Notes: a model not told the origin generated them from the letters alone. 64,000 nucleotides of DNA from Bacteroidaceae bacterium (GCA_017516885.1 JAFXAR010000074.1:6727-70726); one strand, 5' to 3'; shown: positions 1-8,926, numbered from the stretch's first letter. Numbers and translations: made by a program.

Positions 1-732
1 GCTTACATGTACGCACTCCCCTACGAACTGTACGAGAAATACGGCGTACGCCGCTACGGTTTCCACGGAACTTCGCACCGCTACATTACAAAGCGTGCTC
101 TTGAGATGCTCAACATCCCGGCAGAGGGCAGCAAAATCATCACTTGCCACATTGGCAACGGCGGTTCTATTGCCGCAGTAAAGGACGGCAAGAGCGTTGA
201 CACATCAATGGGCATGACACCGCTTGCAGGCCTGATGATGGGTACTCGCAGCGGCGACGTTGACCCGGGTGCTCTCCCCTACATAATGGACAAGACAGGA
301 CTGGACATCCACGGCCTTTCTGACATGCTCAACAAGAAGTCAGGCGTTGTGGGAATCTCAGGCGTATCATCTGACATGCGCGAGGTTAATGCAGCTGCAA
401 TCAATGGCAACAAACGCGCCGAACTTTCAAACACTATGTATTTCTACCGCATCAAGAAGTACATTGGTGCATACGCAGCAGCAATGGGCGGTGTTGACAT
501 AATTATTTTTGCAGGCGGCGTAGGCGAGAATCAGGCCGACTGCCGCGAGACAGTACTTGAGGGACTTGAATTCCTCGGCGTAGAGCTTGACAAGGAGGCA
601 AACGCAGCCAAGCGCGGCGAAGAGGCAATTCTATCTACCCCCAATTCACGCGTCAAGGTTCTCCTTATCCCCACCGACGAGGAGCTTATGATTGCAACAG
701 ACACTTACGAGATTGTAAAAGGCATGAAGTAA
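1..732 (+). CDS. ackA: Acetate kinase, C-terminal part (5' end lies outside the window)
   Basis: The frame is open from base 1 (AY precedes the listed M). The motif YALPYELYEKYGVRRYGFHGTSHRY and the C-terminal IPTDEELMIA are typical of AckA. Confidence 0.95.
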   Translation, partial: AYMYALPYELYEKYGVRRYGFHGTSHRYITKRALEMLNIPAEGSKIITCHIGNGGSIAAVKDGKSVDTSMGMTPLAGLMMGTRSGDVDPGALPYIMDKTGLDIHGLSDMLNKKSGVVGISGVSSDMREVNAAAINGNKRAELSNTMYFYRIKKYIGAYAAAMGGVDIIIFAGGVGENQADCRETVLEGLEFLGVELDKEANAAKRGEEAILSTPNSRVKVLLIPTDEELMIATDTYEIVKGMK

Positions 733-746
733 GAAACTGTTTCCTT

Positions 747-794
747 ATAATACAAAAGCAGGGCGTGCCGCGGCACGCCCTGCTTTTGTATTAT
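747..794. terminator. Perfect 48-bp palindrome (GC-rich core 752..789), a likely bidirectional intrinsic terminator between convergent genes
   Basis: acaaaagcagggcgtgccg / cggcacgccctgcttttgt are exact reverse complements, flanked by A/T runs on both sides. It lies between the ackA stop (732) and the minus-strand stop (812). Confidence 0.7.
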
Positions 795-811
795 TTTTAA
801 CCGTATATATA

Positions 812-1666
812 CTACTCTCCCGCATCGGGACTCGCATGGCGGGCATTGCTGTTGCTTAGGAACTGAAGCGAATACCTTGCCTTATTTAGTTCCTCACGGT
901 ACTGCACAATTGCCTTCAGCAAATCCGAAAGGTCAAGAATGCGTGCAATGGCATTCACGTCAGAAGCACGCAGTTCATAAGAAAAAGGCGAACTTCCGCC
1001 TAAAAGCTCTACGCTTACAGCGCCCGATGAAGCTGCAATAAACTCCATAAAGTCCTTGTTGTCATCGTACTTGAAATCATGCCTCTCGACATACACGCCA
1101 AATTCCTTTCCGGTCCACACATTAGGCGATTTTTCAGCAACAGCATAAGTTCCTCCCGACTGCACCTTAACCTCCTTGTAGCCGATGCGCTTTCCGCGGT
1201 AGTACGATGTCAGCACAACCTCTCCAAGTTCATTCACCGTTGCGCGCAGAAAACAGTTTGCACTGTTCTTTGAAAGACTTTGCGAAGCATCGGAATATAT
1301 TCCCACATCCTGGAATTTAGGGTCTTTTCTGTACTCGTAGCCGGCAACAACAGAATCACGCACAGCAGTAAGCCGCTCAAGCTCCTTTTCATAGAAACTG
1401 ACATCGCGCTGTTTTTCCATTACCAGCATACCATGGCGCAGTTCCTCAGCTTCGCGCAGCGTCTTATATGCTTTTGGATGAGTTCTCCTAAGGCTGTCAA
1501 TCAGAGACTTTGCCCTGTTGAAATTGCCTTTCTCAATTTCAGCCTTCACCACGTCAAGCGATATTTTCGCAGGTTCTTCAACCGCGCTCTCAACCGGGGC
1601 ATTCTTGCATCCGGCCAACTGGCACGCAAGCAAAAACGACAAGAGTACTAATGCAACATTTTTCAT
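812..1666 (-). CDS. Hypothetical lipoprotein
   Basis: The internal start MKNVALVLLSFLLACQLAGCKN is a lipoprotein-type signal with a lipobox Cys. The upstream extension in the ORF track looks spurious. No family was recognised. Confidence 0.65.
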   Translation of the reverse strand: MKNVALVLLSFLLACQLAGCKNAPVESAVEEPAKISLDVVKAEIEKGNFNRAKSLIDSLRRTHPKAYKTLREAEELRHGMLVMEKQRDVSFYEKELERLTAVRDSVVAGYEYRKDPKFQDVGIYSDASQSLSKNSANCFLRATVNELGEVVLTSYYRGKRIGYKEVKVQSGGTYAVAEKSPNVWTGKEFGVYVERHDFKYDDNKDFMEFIAASSGAVSVELLGGSSPFSYELRASDVNAIARILDLSDLLKAIVQYREELNKARYSLQFLSNSNARHASPDAGE

Positions 1667-1870
1667 AGACAAGATTTTATTCGTTAAGGCAGAAGAGTTT
1701 TTAGAAGCCAAACAGCCTCTAATGATGCAAAAATACAATTATTTATCATTACCGTAGCACTTGAGCGCCAAAAAACAGCGCTCGCAGCCCCAATTGCACA
1801 GTTTTTAACAAGTGGCATTTTATTTATACAGCAGAAATGAGTATCTTTACGGTGCAAATCCATAAGCATC

Positions 1871-3307
1871 ATGTACAAGCCAACAAGAGAGGAATTACGC
1901 AAACTGCTTGACACGCCTATATTCAGGAAAATCACAGAAACAGCCGACAGCATTGGCATGGAGTGCTATGTTGTAGGCGGTTATGTGCGCGACATATTTC
2001 TGGAGCGCCCCTCAACCGACATCGACGTTGTGGTGGTGGGCAAAGGCATTGAAATGGCACGCGCATTCAGCAAAAGGCTCGGCAAGGGCGCTCACCTGTC
2101 AGTATATGCCAACTACGGCACGGCGCAGGTAAAATACAAGGAGCATGAGATTGAGTTTGTAGGCGCACGCAGAGAGAGCTACACACGCGATTCCCGCAAC
2201 CCGATTGTAGAGGACGGCACGCTTGAGGATGACCAAAACCGCCGCGACTTTACCATAAATGCAATGGCAATATGCCTGAATGCCGACAGGCTGGGCGAAT
2301 TAGTAGACCCATTTGGCGGCATGCTCGACCTTGAGGACCGCATAATAAGCACCCCTCTTGAACCCGGCATAACATTCAGCGACGACCCCCTGCGCATGAT
2401 GCGCTGCATCCGTTTTGCCACACAGCTCAACTTCTACATTGAAGACGAGACCTTCCAGGCATTGTGCGACAACAAAGAGAGAATAAAGATTATATCACGC
2501 GAAAGGATAAACGAAGAGCTGAACAAGATACTTTTGTCGCCTGTACCCTCAAAAGGCTTCATTGAACTTGACCGCTGCGGACTCTTGGAGATAATATTCC
2601 CGCAGCTTGCAGCACTGCAGGGAGTGGAAACAAAGAACGGATACAGCCACAAGGAGATGTTCTACCACACGCTTGAGGTGCTTGACAACATTGCCAAAAA
2701 GACCGACAGTCTTTGGCTGCGCTGGGCCGCGCTGCTGCACGACATTGGCAAGCCAAAAACAAAGCGTTGGGACCCTATAATGAAGTGGACATTCCACAAC
2801 CACAACATCGTTGGCGAAAAGATGACGCTCAAGCTCTTCCGCGACTACAAGATGCCGCAGAACGAGAAGATGAAATATGTGGCAAAGTTAGTCTCTCTGC
2901 ACATGAGGCCCATAGCCATTGCCGATGACGAGGTGACAGACTCGGCTGTCCGCCGTCTGCTCTTTGATGCCGGAGACGACATTGACGACCTGATGACACT
3001 GTGCGAGGCCGACATTACCTCAAAGAACGAAGTCCGCAAGAAACAGTTCCTCAACAATTTCCAGATTGTACGCCAAAAGCTCAAGGACATTGAGGAGAAG
3101 GACCGCATACGCAATTTCCAGCCACCGGTGAACGGCGAGGAAATAATGAAAATGTTCAATCTTGGCCCATGCGCCGAGGTAGGCCGCCTGAAGAGCGCCG
3201 TCAAGGATGCCATTCTCGATGGCATAATCCCCAACGAATACAACGCCGCCAAGGAATATATCATTGAACTTGCGGCAAAAATGGGACTTCAGCCGGTCAA
3301 TAACTAA
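1871..3307 (+). CDS. tRNA nucleotidyltransferase / poly(A) polymerase family protein with HD domain (CCA-adding enzyme-like)
   Basis: The N-terminal YVVGGYVRD...DIDVVV and RRDFTINAM polymerase-beta nucleotidyltransferase motifs are present, followed by the LLHDIGKP HD-domain motif. Confidence 0.85.
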   Translation: MYKPTREELRKLLDTPIFRKITETADSIGMECYVVGGYVRDIFLERPSTDIDVVVVGKGIEMARAFSKRLGKGAHLSVYANYGTAQVKYKEHEIEFVGARRESYTRDSRNPIVEDGTLEDDQNRRDFTINAMAICLNADRLGELVDPFGGMLDLEDRIISTPLEPGITFSDDPLRMMRCIRFATQLNFYIEDETFQALCDNKERIKIISRERINEELNKILLSPVPSKGFIELDRCGLLEIIFPQLAALQGVETKNGYSHKEMFYHTLEVLDNIAKKTDSLWLRWAALLHDIGKPKTKRWDPIMKWTFHNHNIVGEKMTLKLFRDYKMPQNEKMKYVAKLVSLHMRPIAIADDEVTDSAVRRLLFDAGDDIDDLMTLCEADITSKNEVRKKQFLNNFQIVRQKLKDIEEKDRIRNFQPPVNGEEIMKMFNLGPCAEVGRLKSAVKDAILDGIIPNEYNAAKEYIIELAAKMGLQPVNN

Positions 3308-3393
3308 CGATAACGATTCAAGCACTCCCTATTACTGCATTTTACAGAATAGCAACATATTATTATTGCAGGAAAGAGCACCTGCAAGTAACT

Positions 3394-4650
3394 TTGAAGC
3401 AAAAAAACATGAAAAGGATACTACTTATTATTGCAATCGCCGCAACCACAGCAACTGCACAGGAAATCTCATACGGAGAGTACATGCAGCGCGTGATGGA
3501 AGGCAATATATCACTCGCCGCAAAAAAACTTGACATAGACCTTGCCGAAGCAGAGTTCAAATCCTCAAAAACATACAACGACCCTACTCTTGCCGTAACA
3601 TACAGCAACAACGAAGATTGGGACAAAAAGATGGGGCAGACGATAGAAGCAGAACTCAGCCGCACATTCACATTCGGCGTGCGCCGCAGCCGCATTGACC
3701 TTGCCGACAGCGAGCGCAAGGTGGCAGCAGCAATGCTCAAAGAGTATATGCGCAACATGCGTGCCGATGCAACAATAGCCTACCTTGAGCACCTTCACGC
3801 CATAATGCTCTACAACGAGACCACGGCAACACTGAACGACATGCAGGAGATTGCCTCAAACGACAGCCTGCGCTTCATGCGCGGAGAAATTGCCGAAAGC
3901 GCATGGTTAGAGAGCCGCATGGCGCTCGGCATAGCCCGCAATGCAATGCTTGAGGCCGAAGCCGGATGCAATAACACAGCAATAGCTCTGGGATATTACA
4001 TGGGCAATTTAGATGGTTCAGAACAGATAAGGGGAACAGGCACACTGGATTTGCAGGAAAAGGCATCTCCAGTAGGGCACTACATTGACAACGCACTTGC
4101 CCACCGCGCCGACTTGGTTGTTGCCCTTAGCCGTGCCGATGCAGCCGCAGCCGCACAGAAATTCAACAGCGCCCTGCGCCGCCCCGAGCTCAACGTAACC
4201 ATTGGCGCTGCATACAACATTGCACGCCCCGATTTTGCAACCATCAAGGCAGGAGTAGCAGTTCCGCTAAAATTCTCAAACCTGAACAAGGGAGCACGCA
4301 TTGCCGACGAGATTCTTGTAAAACAGGCAAACATAGGAATTGATGAGGCACGCTTGCTGGTAAAGGCCGATGTTATGCAGGCATACAACAGTTTCGCCTA
4401 CTCATGCAAGCAGGCAGAGACCTTTTCGGACAAGATGCTTGCCGACATGAAATCTGTAGTAAACAGCAAAAAAAGAGCATACGAACTTGGCGAAATATCT
4501 TTCGTAGACTACCTTGTTGTAAAGCGCGACGAAAGCGAAATGCGCCGCCAGTATATTGGAGCGCTCCTGAGCAAAGCCGCAGCGTGGGTAGAGTTGCAGC
4601 GTGCAACAGGCTTCAGCATGGAATTCGGCACAATGCCGATAGCGGAGTAA
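3394..4650 (+). CDS. TolC-family outer membrane efflux protein (orphan, not next to a pump)
   Basis: There is a signal peptide (ILLIIAIAATTATAQ). The two-repeat helical/beta layout and composition are typical of Bacteroidales OEP/TolC proteins. An alternative start lies at 3409. Confidence 0.75.
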   Translation: MKQKNMKRILLIIAIAATTATAQEISYGEYMQRVMEGNISLAAKKLDIDLAEAEFKSSKTYNDPTLAVTYSNNEDWDKKMGQTIEAELSRTFTFGVRRSRIDLADSERKVAAAMLKEYMRNMRADATIAYLEHLHAIMLYNETTATLNDMQEIASNDSLRFMRGEIAESAWLESRMALGIARNAMLEAEAGCNNTAIALGYYMGNLDGSEQIRGTGTLDLQEKASPVGHYIDNALAHRADLVVALSRADAAAAAQKFNSALRRPELNVTIGAAYNIARPDFATIKAGVAVPLKFSNLNKGARIADEILVKQANIGIDEARLLVKADVMQAYNSFAYSCKQAETFSDKMLADMKSVVNSKKRAYELGEISFVDYLVVKRDESEMRRQYIGALLSKAAAWVELQRATGFSMEFGTMPIAE

Positions 4651-4662
4651 GAACGCTTCTTT

Positions 4663-4710
4663 ACAGAGAACAGAGTACAGAGAACAGAGTACAGAGAACA
4701 GAGTACAGAT
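4663..4710. repeat. Tandem repeat: 14-mer ACAGAGAACAGAGT x3.4 (equivalently heptamer ACAGAGW x7)
   Basis: Exact copies were read directly at 4663-4676, 4677-4690 and 4691-4704, with a partial copy at 4705-4710. The array begins 13 nt after the TolC stop. Confidence 0.95.
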
Positions 4711-4780
4711 AAGTGTAATAAAAATCTCAAACCGCGCGCTGTGTCATCCCACAGCGAAGCGAGGGAACTCAAAGTCTCGC

Positions 4781-4839
4781 AAAATAAGAGATTCCTCACA
4801 TGCTGTTATTTCGCTGCGCTCATCGAGAATCTCTTTTGA
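4781..4839 (+). terminator. Long imperfect hairpin followed by a T-rich tract, a possible terminator or structured element
   Basis: caaaataagagattc (4781-4795) pairs with gaatctcttttg (4828-4839) with a 2-nt bulge and a ~32-nt loop, followed by ttttgatttatttta. Confidence 0.3.
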
Positions 4840-5029
4840 TTTATTTTATTAAGGTATGGTCGGCATGACAAAGACTATGAATAACAACAGCAAAGCGTGT
4901 CATTAAAACATCAAATCTCAGTTCTCTTCTTTAGCAGCAAATAAAGATATAGAATGGGAAAATGAGCATTTTGTATTCTTCAACACAACTTACCCTTAAA
5001 CTGTTATCGTATATTCTTTTTGTTCTCGT

Positions 5030-5332
5030 GCTATCATGTCCTTTTGGCGCCCCGCACGGCATCACTGCGCGATGCTGCGTGCGACCATTCGCCGCAAAGC
5101 GTGTCTATAATTTGAAGCTATTGGTTCGTTTTGCTTTTAGCCACCCGCGTGGCATAAACTGCGTCTATGCGGCACGCGACCTATGGCTGCAGAACTCACC
5201 GATAGCGAAGTCTGTAATAGAGGCTATTGGCTCGTTCATTTTTTCGCGGCCCGCACGGCATGAGTTTCACCCATACTTCGTGCGACCAACCGCTAATGAA
5301 CTCGCCGATAGCGAAGTCTGCGACTTCGCTAT
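5030..5332. repeat. Degenerate tandem repeat with ~106-bp period and ~3 copies, each carrying an internal hairpin
   Basis: Copies start at about 5030, 5117 and 5223. Shared blocks are gctattggYtcgtt, cccgcRYggcat, cgtgcgacc/cacgcgacc and ccgatagcgaagtctg. The array ends in the hairpin atagcgaagtc-tgc-gacttcgctat (5308-5332), which overlaps the kinase stop codon. Confidence 0.85.
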
Positions 5333-7785
5333 TCTGAGACCGGGCGCACGCTCCGGCCGTAGAAACGGCTGCTCCAATTCGTGTTATGGTTACCACTGCC
5401 GAAGTACAGGTAGTACGCGCTGTCGGAAAAACCCTCATCAGGCGTAGAACTCCAGTAGTCACCGCCAGTCCCCTGGCTGTAAAGTGACGTACCACCACGC
5501 CAACCGGCAGCAGGCAGGAAGATGCTGTTGCCATTCTTCTTGCTGGTTACCTTGCAGCCTTTTATACCGTTCTGTTTTGTCCAAGTCCAGGTGCAGTTGC
5601 TGAGCAGTTCCTCAAACTCTGCTTTGGTGGGCAGGCGCCAGGTGCTGCCCCACTGCTTGCGGGCGACGTCGTAGGTGGGGTTGCCGCCTATATCATTCAT
5701 CGTTTCACCCATAGTTTTGCTATTGTCTGTTGTGTAACTGCTCTTGGTGCTGGTTTCGCCCCAGGCGTAGTAATTGCCATACTCTTCGGGCTTGCTTGCG
5801 CCTACATTGCAGGTGGCCCACTTGACGCTTAGGCCTAAGTCCACGTATTCGTGGCCGTTGATGATGCCTTTAGTGGAAAGTTTTTTATTTTTTTCCTGAA
5901 ACTCTTTTAGTTTATACTGCGCATTTATCTCCCCTTGTTCTGCTGCTTTGCGATACCATTTTATAGCCTCACTTATAGATTTTGAGACTCCTCTTCCGTT
6001 CTCATATTTTACACCAAGATGGTACTGTGCAACTTTATGCCCTTGCTCAGCTGCCTTGCGACACCATTTTACAGCCTCGCTTTCAGATTTAGAGACTCCT
6101 TCGCCATTACTATAGCAAGCGCTTATAGAAAATTGAGCATCAATATTTCCTTGGGCTGCAGCCTTACGATACCACTTAATTGCTTCTGTGTAGGAGGCAG
6201 AAGAATAATAACGATCGCCAAGTGTATTCTGAGCTTTTGAATGTCCTTGTTCCGCAGCCTTACGGTACCATTTTATAGACTCACGCCATGATTGGTCAAC
6301 ACCTTCACCAATCTCATAGAATACACCAAGATTGTACTGTGCGTCAGTATGTCCCTGTTCTGCAGCCGTAAGATACCATTCTACTGCTTCTTTATAGTTC
6401 TTATTATTGTATGCGCTCAGTCCCTTTGCGTATGCCTCATTAGCAGTTATACTTTCTCCAATTACTTCCTCTGATTGCGGCAGATTTGCAGATTGTTCTA
6501 TAGGTGTATTTTGCGCATATAGATTTGCTTCCTGCGATGTATCTTTTTTCAGCGTGCTGTACGGTTGTAGCACGTCCGCTTTTTCTTTAATCTGCCTTGC
6601 GGTGTCTTTTACAATGCAATCTTTCTTTACATCGCTTCCGCCGCCAAGGAGCATAAAACCGCCTGCTGCTCCGCATATAATGGCAAGCAGGATTATTATC
6701 CAAAGCCATTTGCTTTTCTTTTGATTCTCTTCGGGCTGAGGTCTTGGTGCAGGTTCTGGGGCAACAGAGGGTGTTTCTACAACTTCAACTTCTATTTCAT
6801 TTTCCTCAATTGCTGCGTTGCCGTTTGCTGCATTTTGGCCTGTTCCCATTGAAAGGCTGGTCGCATCGCTCGCAATTTCCGTCTCTTCACTTTCATCTTT
6901 CCACTCTCCACTTTCCACTCTCACCTCTTCACTTTCCACTAACTCAATAAATTCTTCCACGCTCTGCGGGCGCTTGTTCTTGTTCATTTGCATTGATGCC
7001 TCAACGGCATGGCGGACAGAGGCTGATATTGCTGGGGGCAATGGGTCGAGCTCCTCGCCGCTGGAGCGCAGCGAGGCATTGACCGGCGTTATGCCGGTCA
7101 AGAGTTTGTAGAGTGTTGCACCAAGGGCATATATGTCGGCTGCGGGAGTGAATTTCCTCAGACTGTTTCCGGTCTGTTCAGGAGGAGCGTAGCCTGGTGT
7201 ACTGCCCATTAGCGTGGATGTATTCTCATTGGCAACCTCATCGTATTGCTTGGAGACACCAAAGTCTATGAGGTGCAAAGTGCCGTCATTGGCAAGGAGT
7301 ATATTTGCAGGCTTTACATCAAGGTGCAGGCAGTTCCTGCCATGCACATATTTAAGCGCCGCCGCAACACTCTTTATGTACTCCACTGCCACCTCTTCTC
7401 CTAACGGGCCATTCTCTGCAACAATCTCGCCGAGCGACTTGCCATCAATGTAGTCCATAACATAGTAAGCCGTGCCGTTCTCCTTAAAGACATCTGTCAC
7501 GCGCACGATGCCCGGATAACGCATTTTCATCATCATTTGGGCCTCATCGATGAATTTGCCGCAGAGCTTGTCAACCAGTTCCTGCTTGCCCACTGACAGG
7601 ACATGCACATTGCCGGTAACGCTGTCGCGGTTGCAAAAGTCCCTTACAAAGAATTCTTTTATAGCAACCGTGCAGCAGGAAAGAACATGAACAGCCTCGT
7701 AAGTGCAGCCAAATCCGCCGCTTTTTATAAACCTCACGATTCTGTACTTGCCGCCCTGAAGCAGCGCCCCCGGATTCAAATTCAT
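5329..7785 (-). CDS. Membrane-anchored Hanks-type Ser/Thr protein kinase with Sel1-like repeats and a C-terminal FISUMP/DUF1566-like domain
   Basis: Kinase motifs are SGGFGCTYEA (Gly loop), VAIKEF (Lys), HLDVKPANILL (catalytic loop), DFGVSK and GYAPPEQ. An acidic linker precedes a TM helix WLWIIILLAIICGAAGGFMLLGG (aa ~359-382). About five repeats of type IKWYRKAAEQG..AQ..LG..Y follow. The tail carries VKWATCNVGA...YYAWGE...WRLPTKAEFEEL...GRSVRPV. Confidence 0.9.
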   Translation of the reverse strand: MNLNPGALLQGGKYRIVRFIKSGGFGCTYEAVHVLSCCTVAIKEFFVRDFCNRDSVTGNVHVLSVGKQELVDKLCGKFIDEAQMMMKMRYPGIVRVTDVFKENGTAYYVMDYIDGKSLGEIVAENGPLGEEVAVEYIKSVAAALKYVHGRNCLHLDVKPANILLANDGTLHLIDFGVSKQYDEVANENTSTLMGSTPGYAPPEQTGNSLRKFTPAADIYALGATLYKLLTGITPVNASLRSSGEELDPLPPAISASVRHAVEASMQMNKNKRPQSVEEFIELVESEEVRVESGEWKDESEETEIASDATSLSMGTGQNAANGNAAIEENEIEVEVVETPSVAPEPAPRPQPEENQKKSKWLWIIILLAIICGAAGGFMLLGGGSDVKKDCIVKDTARQIKEKADVLQPYSTLKKDTSQEANLYAQNTPIEQSANLPQSEEVIGESITANEAYAKGLSAYNNKNYKEAVEWYLTAAEQGHTDAQYNLGVFYEIGEGVDQSWRESIKWYRKAAEQGHSKAQNTLGDRYYSSASYTEAIKWYRKAAAQGNIDAQFSISACYSNGEGVSKSESEAVKWCRKAAEQGHKVAQYHLGVKYENGRGVSKSISEAIKWYRKAAEQGEINAQYKLKEFQEKNKKLSTKGIINGHEYVDLGLSVKWATCNVGASKPEEYGNYYAWGETSTKSSYTTDNSKTMGETMNDIGGNPTYDVARKQWGSTWRLPTKAEFEELLSNCTWTWTKQNGIKGCKVTSKKNGNSIFLPAAGWRGGTSLYSQGTGGDYWSSTPDEGFSDSAYYLYFGSGNHNTNWSSRFYGRSVRPVSE

Positions 7786-7808
7786 AACTGGCAGTCTTCT
7801 ATTATTAT

Positions 7809-8573
7809 TTACAAATCCTTGCTTTCTCCTTCAACAAAGTGCTTGCGCTCTATTGTGACACCATCAAATACAACGTATGCAAATGTGCCAATCCAGTCGC
7901 CCAGGAATATGCAGCGCGATGTCTCTCCGATAGGCATATCCTCATCAATATGCCTGTGCCCGAAGATAAAGCAGTCCACCGTTGGGTGTGTTTGAAGATA
8001 TTTCCTTGCATATTTGACACAATCCTCATTCTCCTCGCCCTTGAACGGAGTATCGCCTTTCACTTTATGCTTAAGCATGCTGTGGCGCGCCCATCCGAGC
8101 CCCATGCTTATGCTCCAGCGCGGATGCAGTGACGAGAAGAGCCATTGCAGAAAACGGTTGTGAAAAATTGAGCGCAGAACACGGAAACTCCTTTCGGTGG
8201 AGAACTCGTCGCCATGAGCAAGGAAAAAGACCTTTCCGCTCAACTCAACCACGCATGGCTGGCGATGGATAATCATGCCGCACTCCTTCTCAAAATATGA
8301 AAGACACCACAAGTCGTGGTTTCCTGTGAAGAAGTGCACCTCCACTCCCCTGTCGGTCAGTTCCGACACCTTTCCAAGAAAGCGGGTAAAGCCTTTTGGC
8401 ACAACATTTTTGTATTCATACCAAAAGTCAAACATATCGCCAAGCATGTACACCGCTTCGGCCTTGTCCTTTATTTTGTCAAGGAAAGATACAAGGCGGC
8501 GCTCATGGGTGCGGCTATGCTCTATTGCGCGCGAACCAAGATGGGCATCGGAAAGGAAATATATCTTTTTCAT
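7809..8573 (-). CDS. lpxH: UDP-2,3-diacylglucosamine diphosphatase
   Basis: Metallophosphoesterase motifs are present: FLSDAHLG, MLGDMFDFW, GNHDLW, HGD and GHRH. The length of ~254 aa is typical of Bacteroidales LpxH. Confidence 0.85.
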   Translation of the reverse strand: MKKIYFLSDAHLGSRAIEHSRTHERRLVSFLDKIKDKAEAVYMLGDMFDFWYEYKNVVPKGFTRFLGKVSELTDRGVEVHFFTGNHDLWCLSYFEKECGMIIHRQPCVVELSGKVFFLAHGDEFSTERSFRVLRSIFHNRFLQWLFSSLHPRWSISMGLGWARHSMLKHKVKGDTPFKGEENEDCVKYARKYLQTHPTVDCFIFGHRHIDEDMPIGETSRCIFLGDWIGTFAYVVFDGVTIERKHFVEGESKDL

Positions 8574-8608
8574 ATTCAGGCTGTATGCAAAGTGTTTGTC
8601 TTATACTG

Positions 8609-8920
8609 TCAGAGCAGGCCAAGTTCAAGCTTAGCCTCCTCGGTCATCAGGTCCTGTGTCCACTCCGGCTCAAATACAAGGTTCAGGTTAACCTTTGTTA
8701 TGCCCTCTATTGACTCCACCTTCATCTTTACATCTTCCATAAGGAAATCTGCGGCAGGGCAGTTGGGCGCAGTGAGCGTCATATCAATATCCACTGAAAA
8801 GTCGTCATTCAGTTCAATGCGGTAGACAAGTCCCAAGTCATATACGTTAACCGGGATTTCAGGGTCATAGACCGTCTTTATCATCTCCACAATTTTCTCT
8901 TCCAATTCTATCTTCTCCAT
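8609..8920 (-). CDS. DUF59 / MIP18-family Fe-S cluster assembly protein
   Basis: IKTVYDPEIPVNVYDLGLVY ... MTLTAPNCP is the characteristic DUF59 (SufT/PaaD-like) signature. The protein is ~103 aa. Confidence 0.85.
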   Translation of the reverse strand: MEKIELEEKIVEMIKTVYDPEIPVNVYDLGLVYRIELNDDFSVDIDMTLTAPNCPAADFLMEDVKMKVESIEGITKVNLNLVFEPEWTQDLMTEEAKLELGLL

Positions 8921-8926
8921 AAACGG

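Noticed and set aside
4741-4872. Sequences of the type tgtcatcc..agcgaagcgaggga.ctc and an inverted partial counterpart gagattcctca...tcggcatgaca, reminiscent of short intergenic repeats seen in other Bacteroidetes genomes
   Set aside because: The resemblance is from memory only. The two arms are badly degenerate, and I cannot verify a family without a genome-wide search. Only the clearer hairpin at 4781-4839 is reported, as a low-confidence feature.
5030-5332. Possibility that the 106-bp repeats are a CRISPR array
   Set aside because: The copies are directly adjacent with no unique spacers. The units are about three times longer than CRISPR repeats and are degenerate. No cas genes are present in the window.
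4962-5447. 161-aa plus-strand ORF (and the 112-aa minus-strand ORF at 5196..5534) covering the intergenic repeat region
   Set aside because: Both ORFs run straight through the 106-bp degenerate tandem repeats and into the 3' end of the kinase gene. They have odd Cys/Arg-rich composition and no start context, so they are better explained as non-coding repeat DNA.
6880-6950. Short nucleotide repeats ccactctccactttccactctcacctcttcactttccact inside the kinase gene
   Set aside because: They encode the acidic E/S/W-rich linker (ESEEVRVESGEWKDESEE) on the minus strand. This is a low-complexity coding region, not an independent element. Likewise the ~105-108-nt periodicity at 5930-6390 is simply the Sel1 repeat units.
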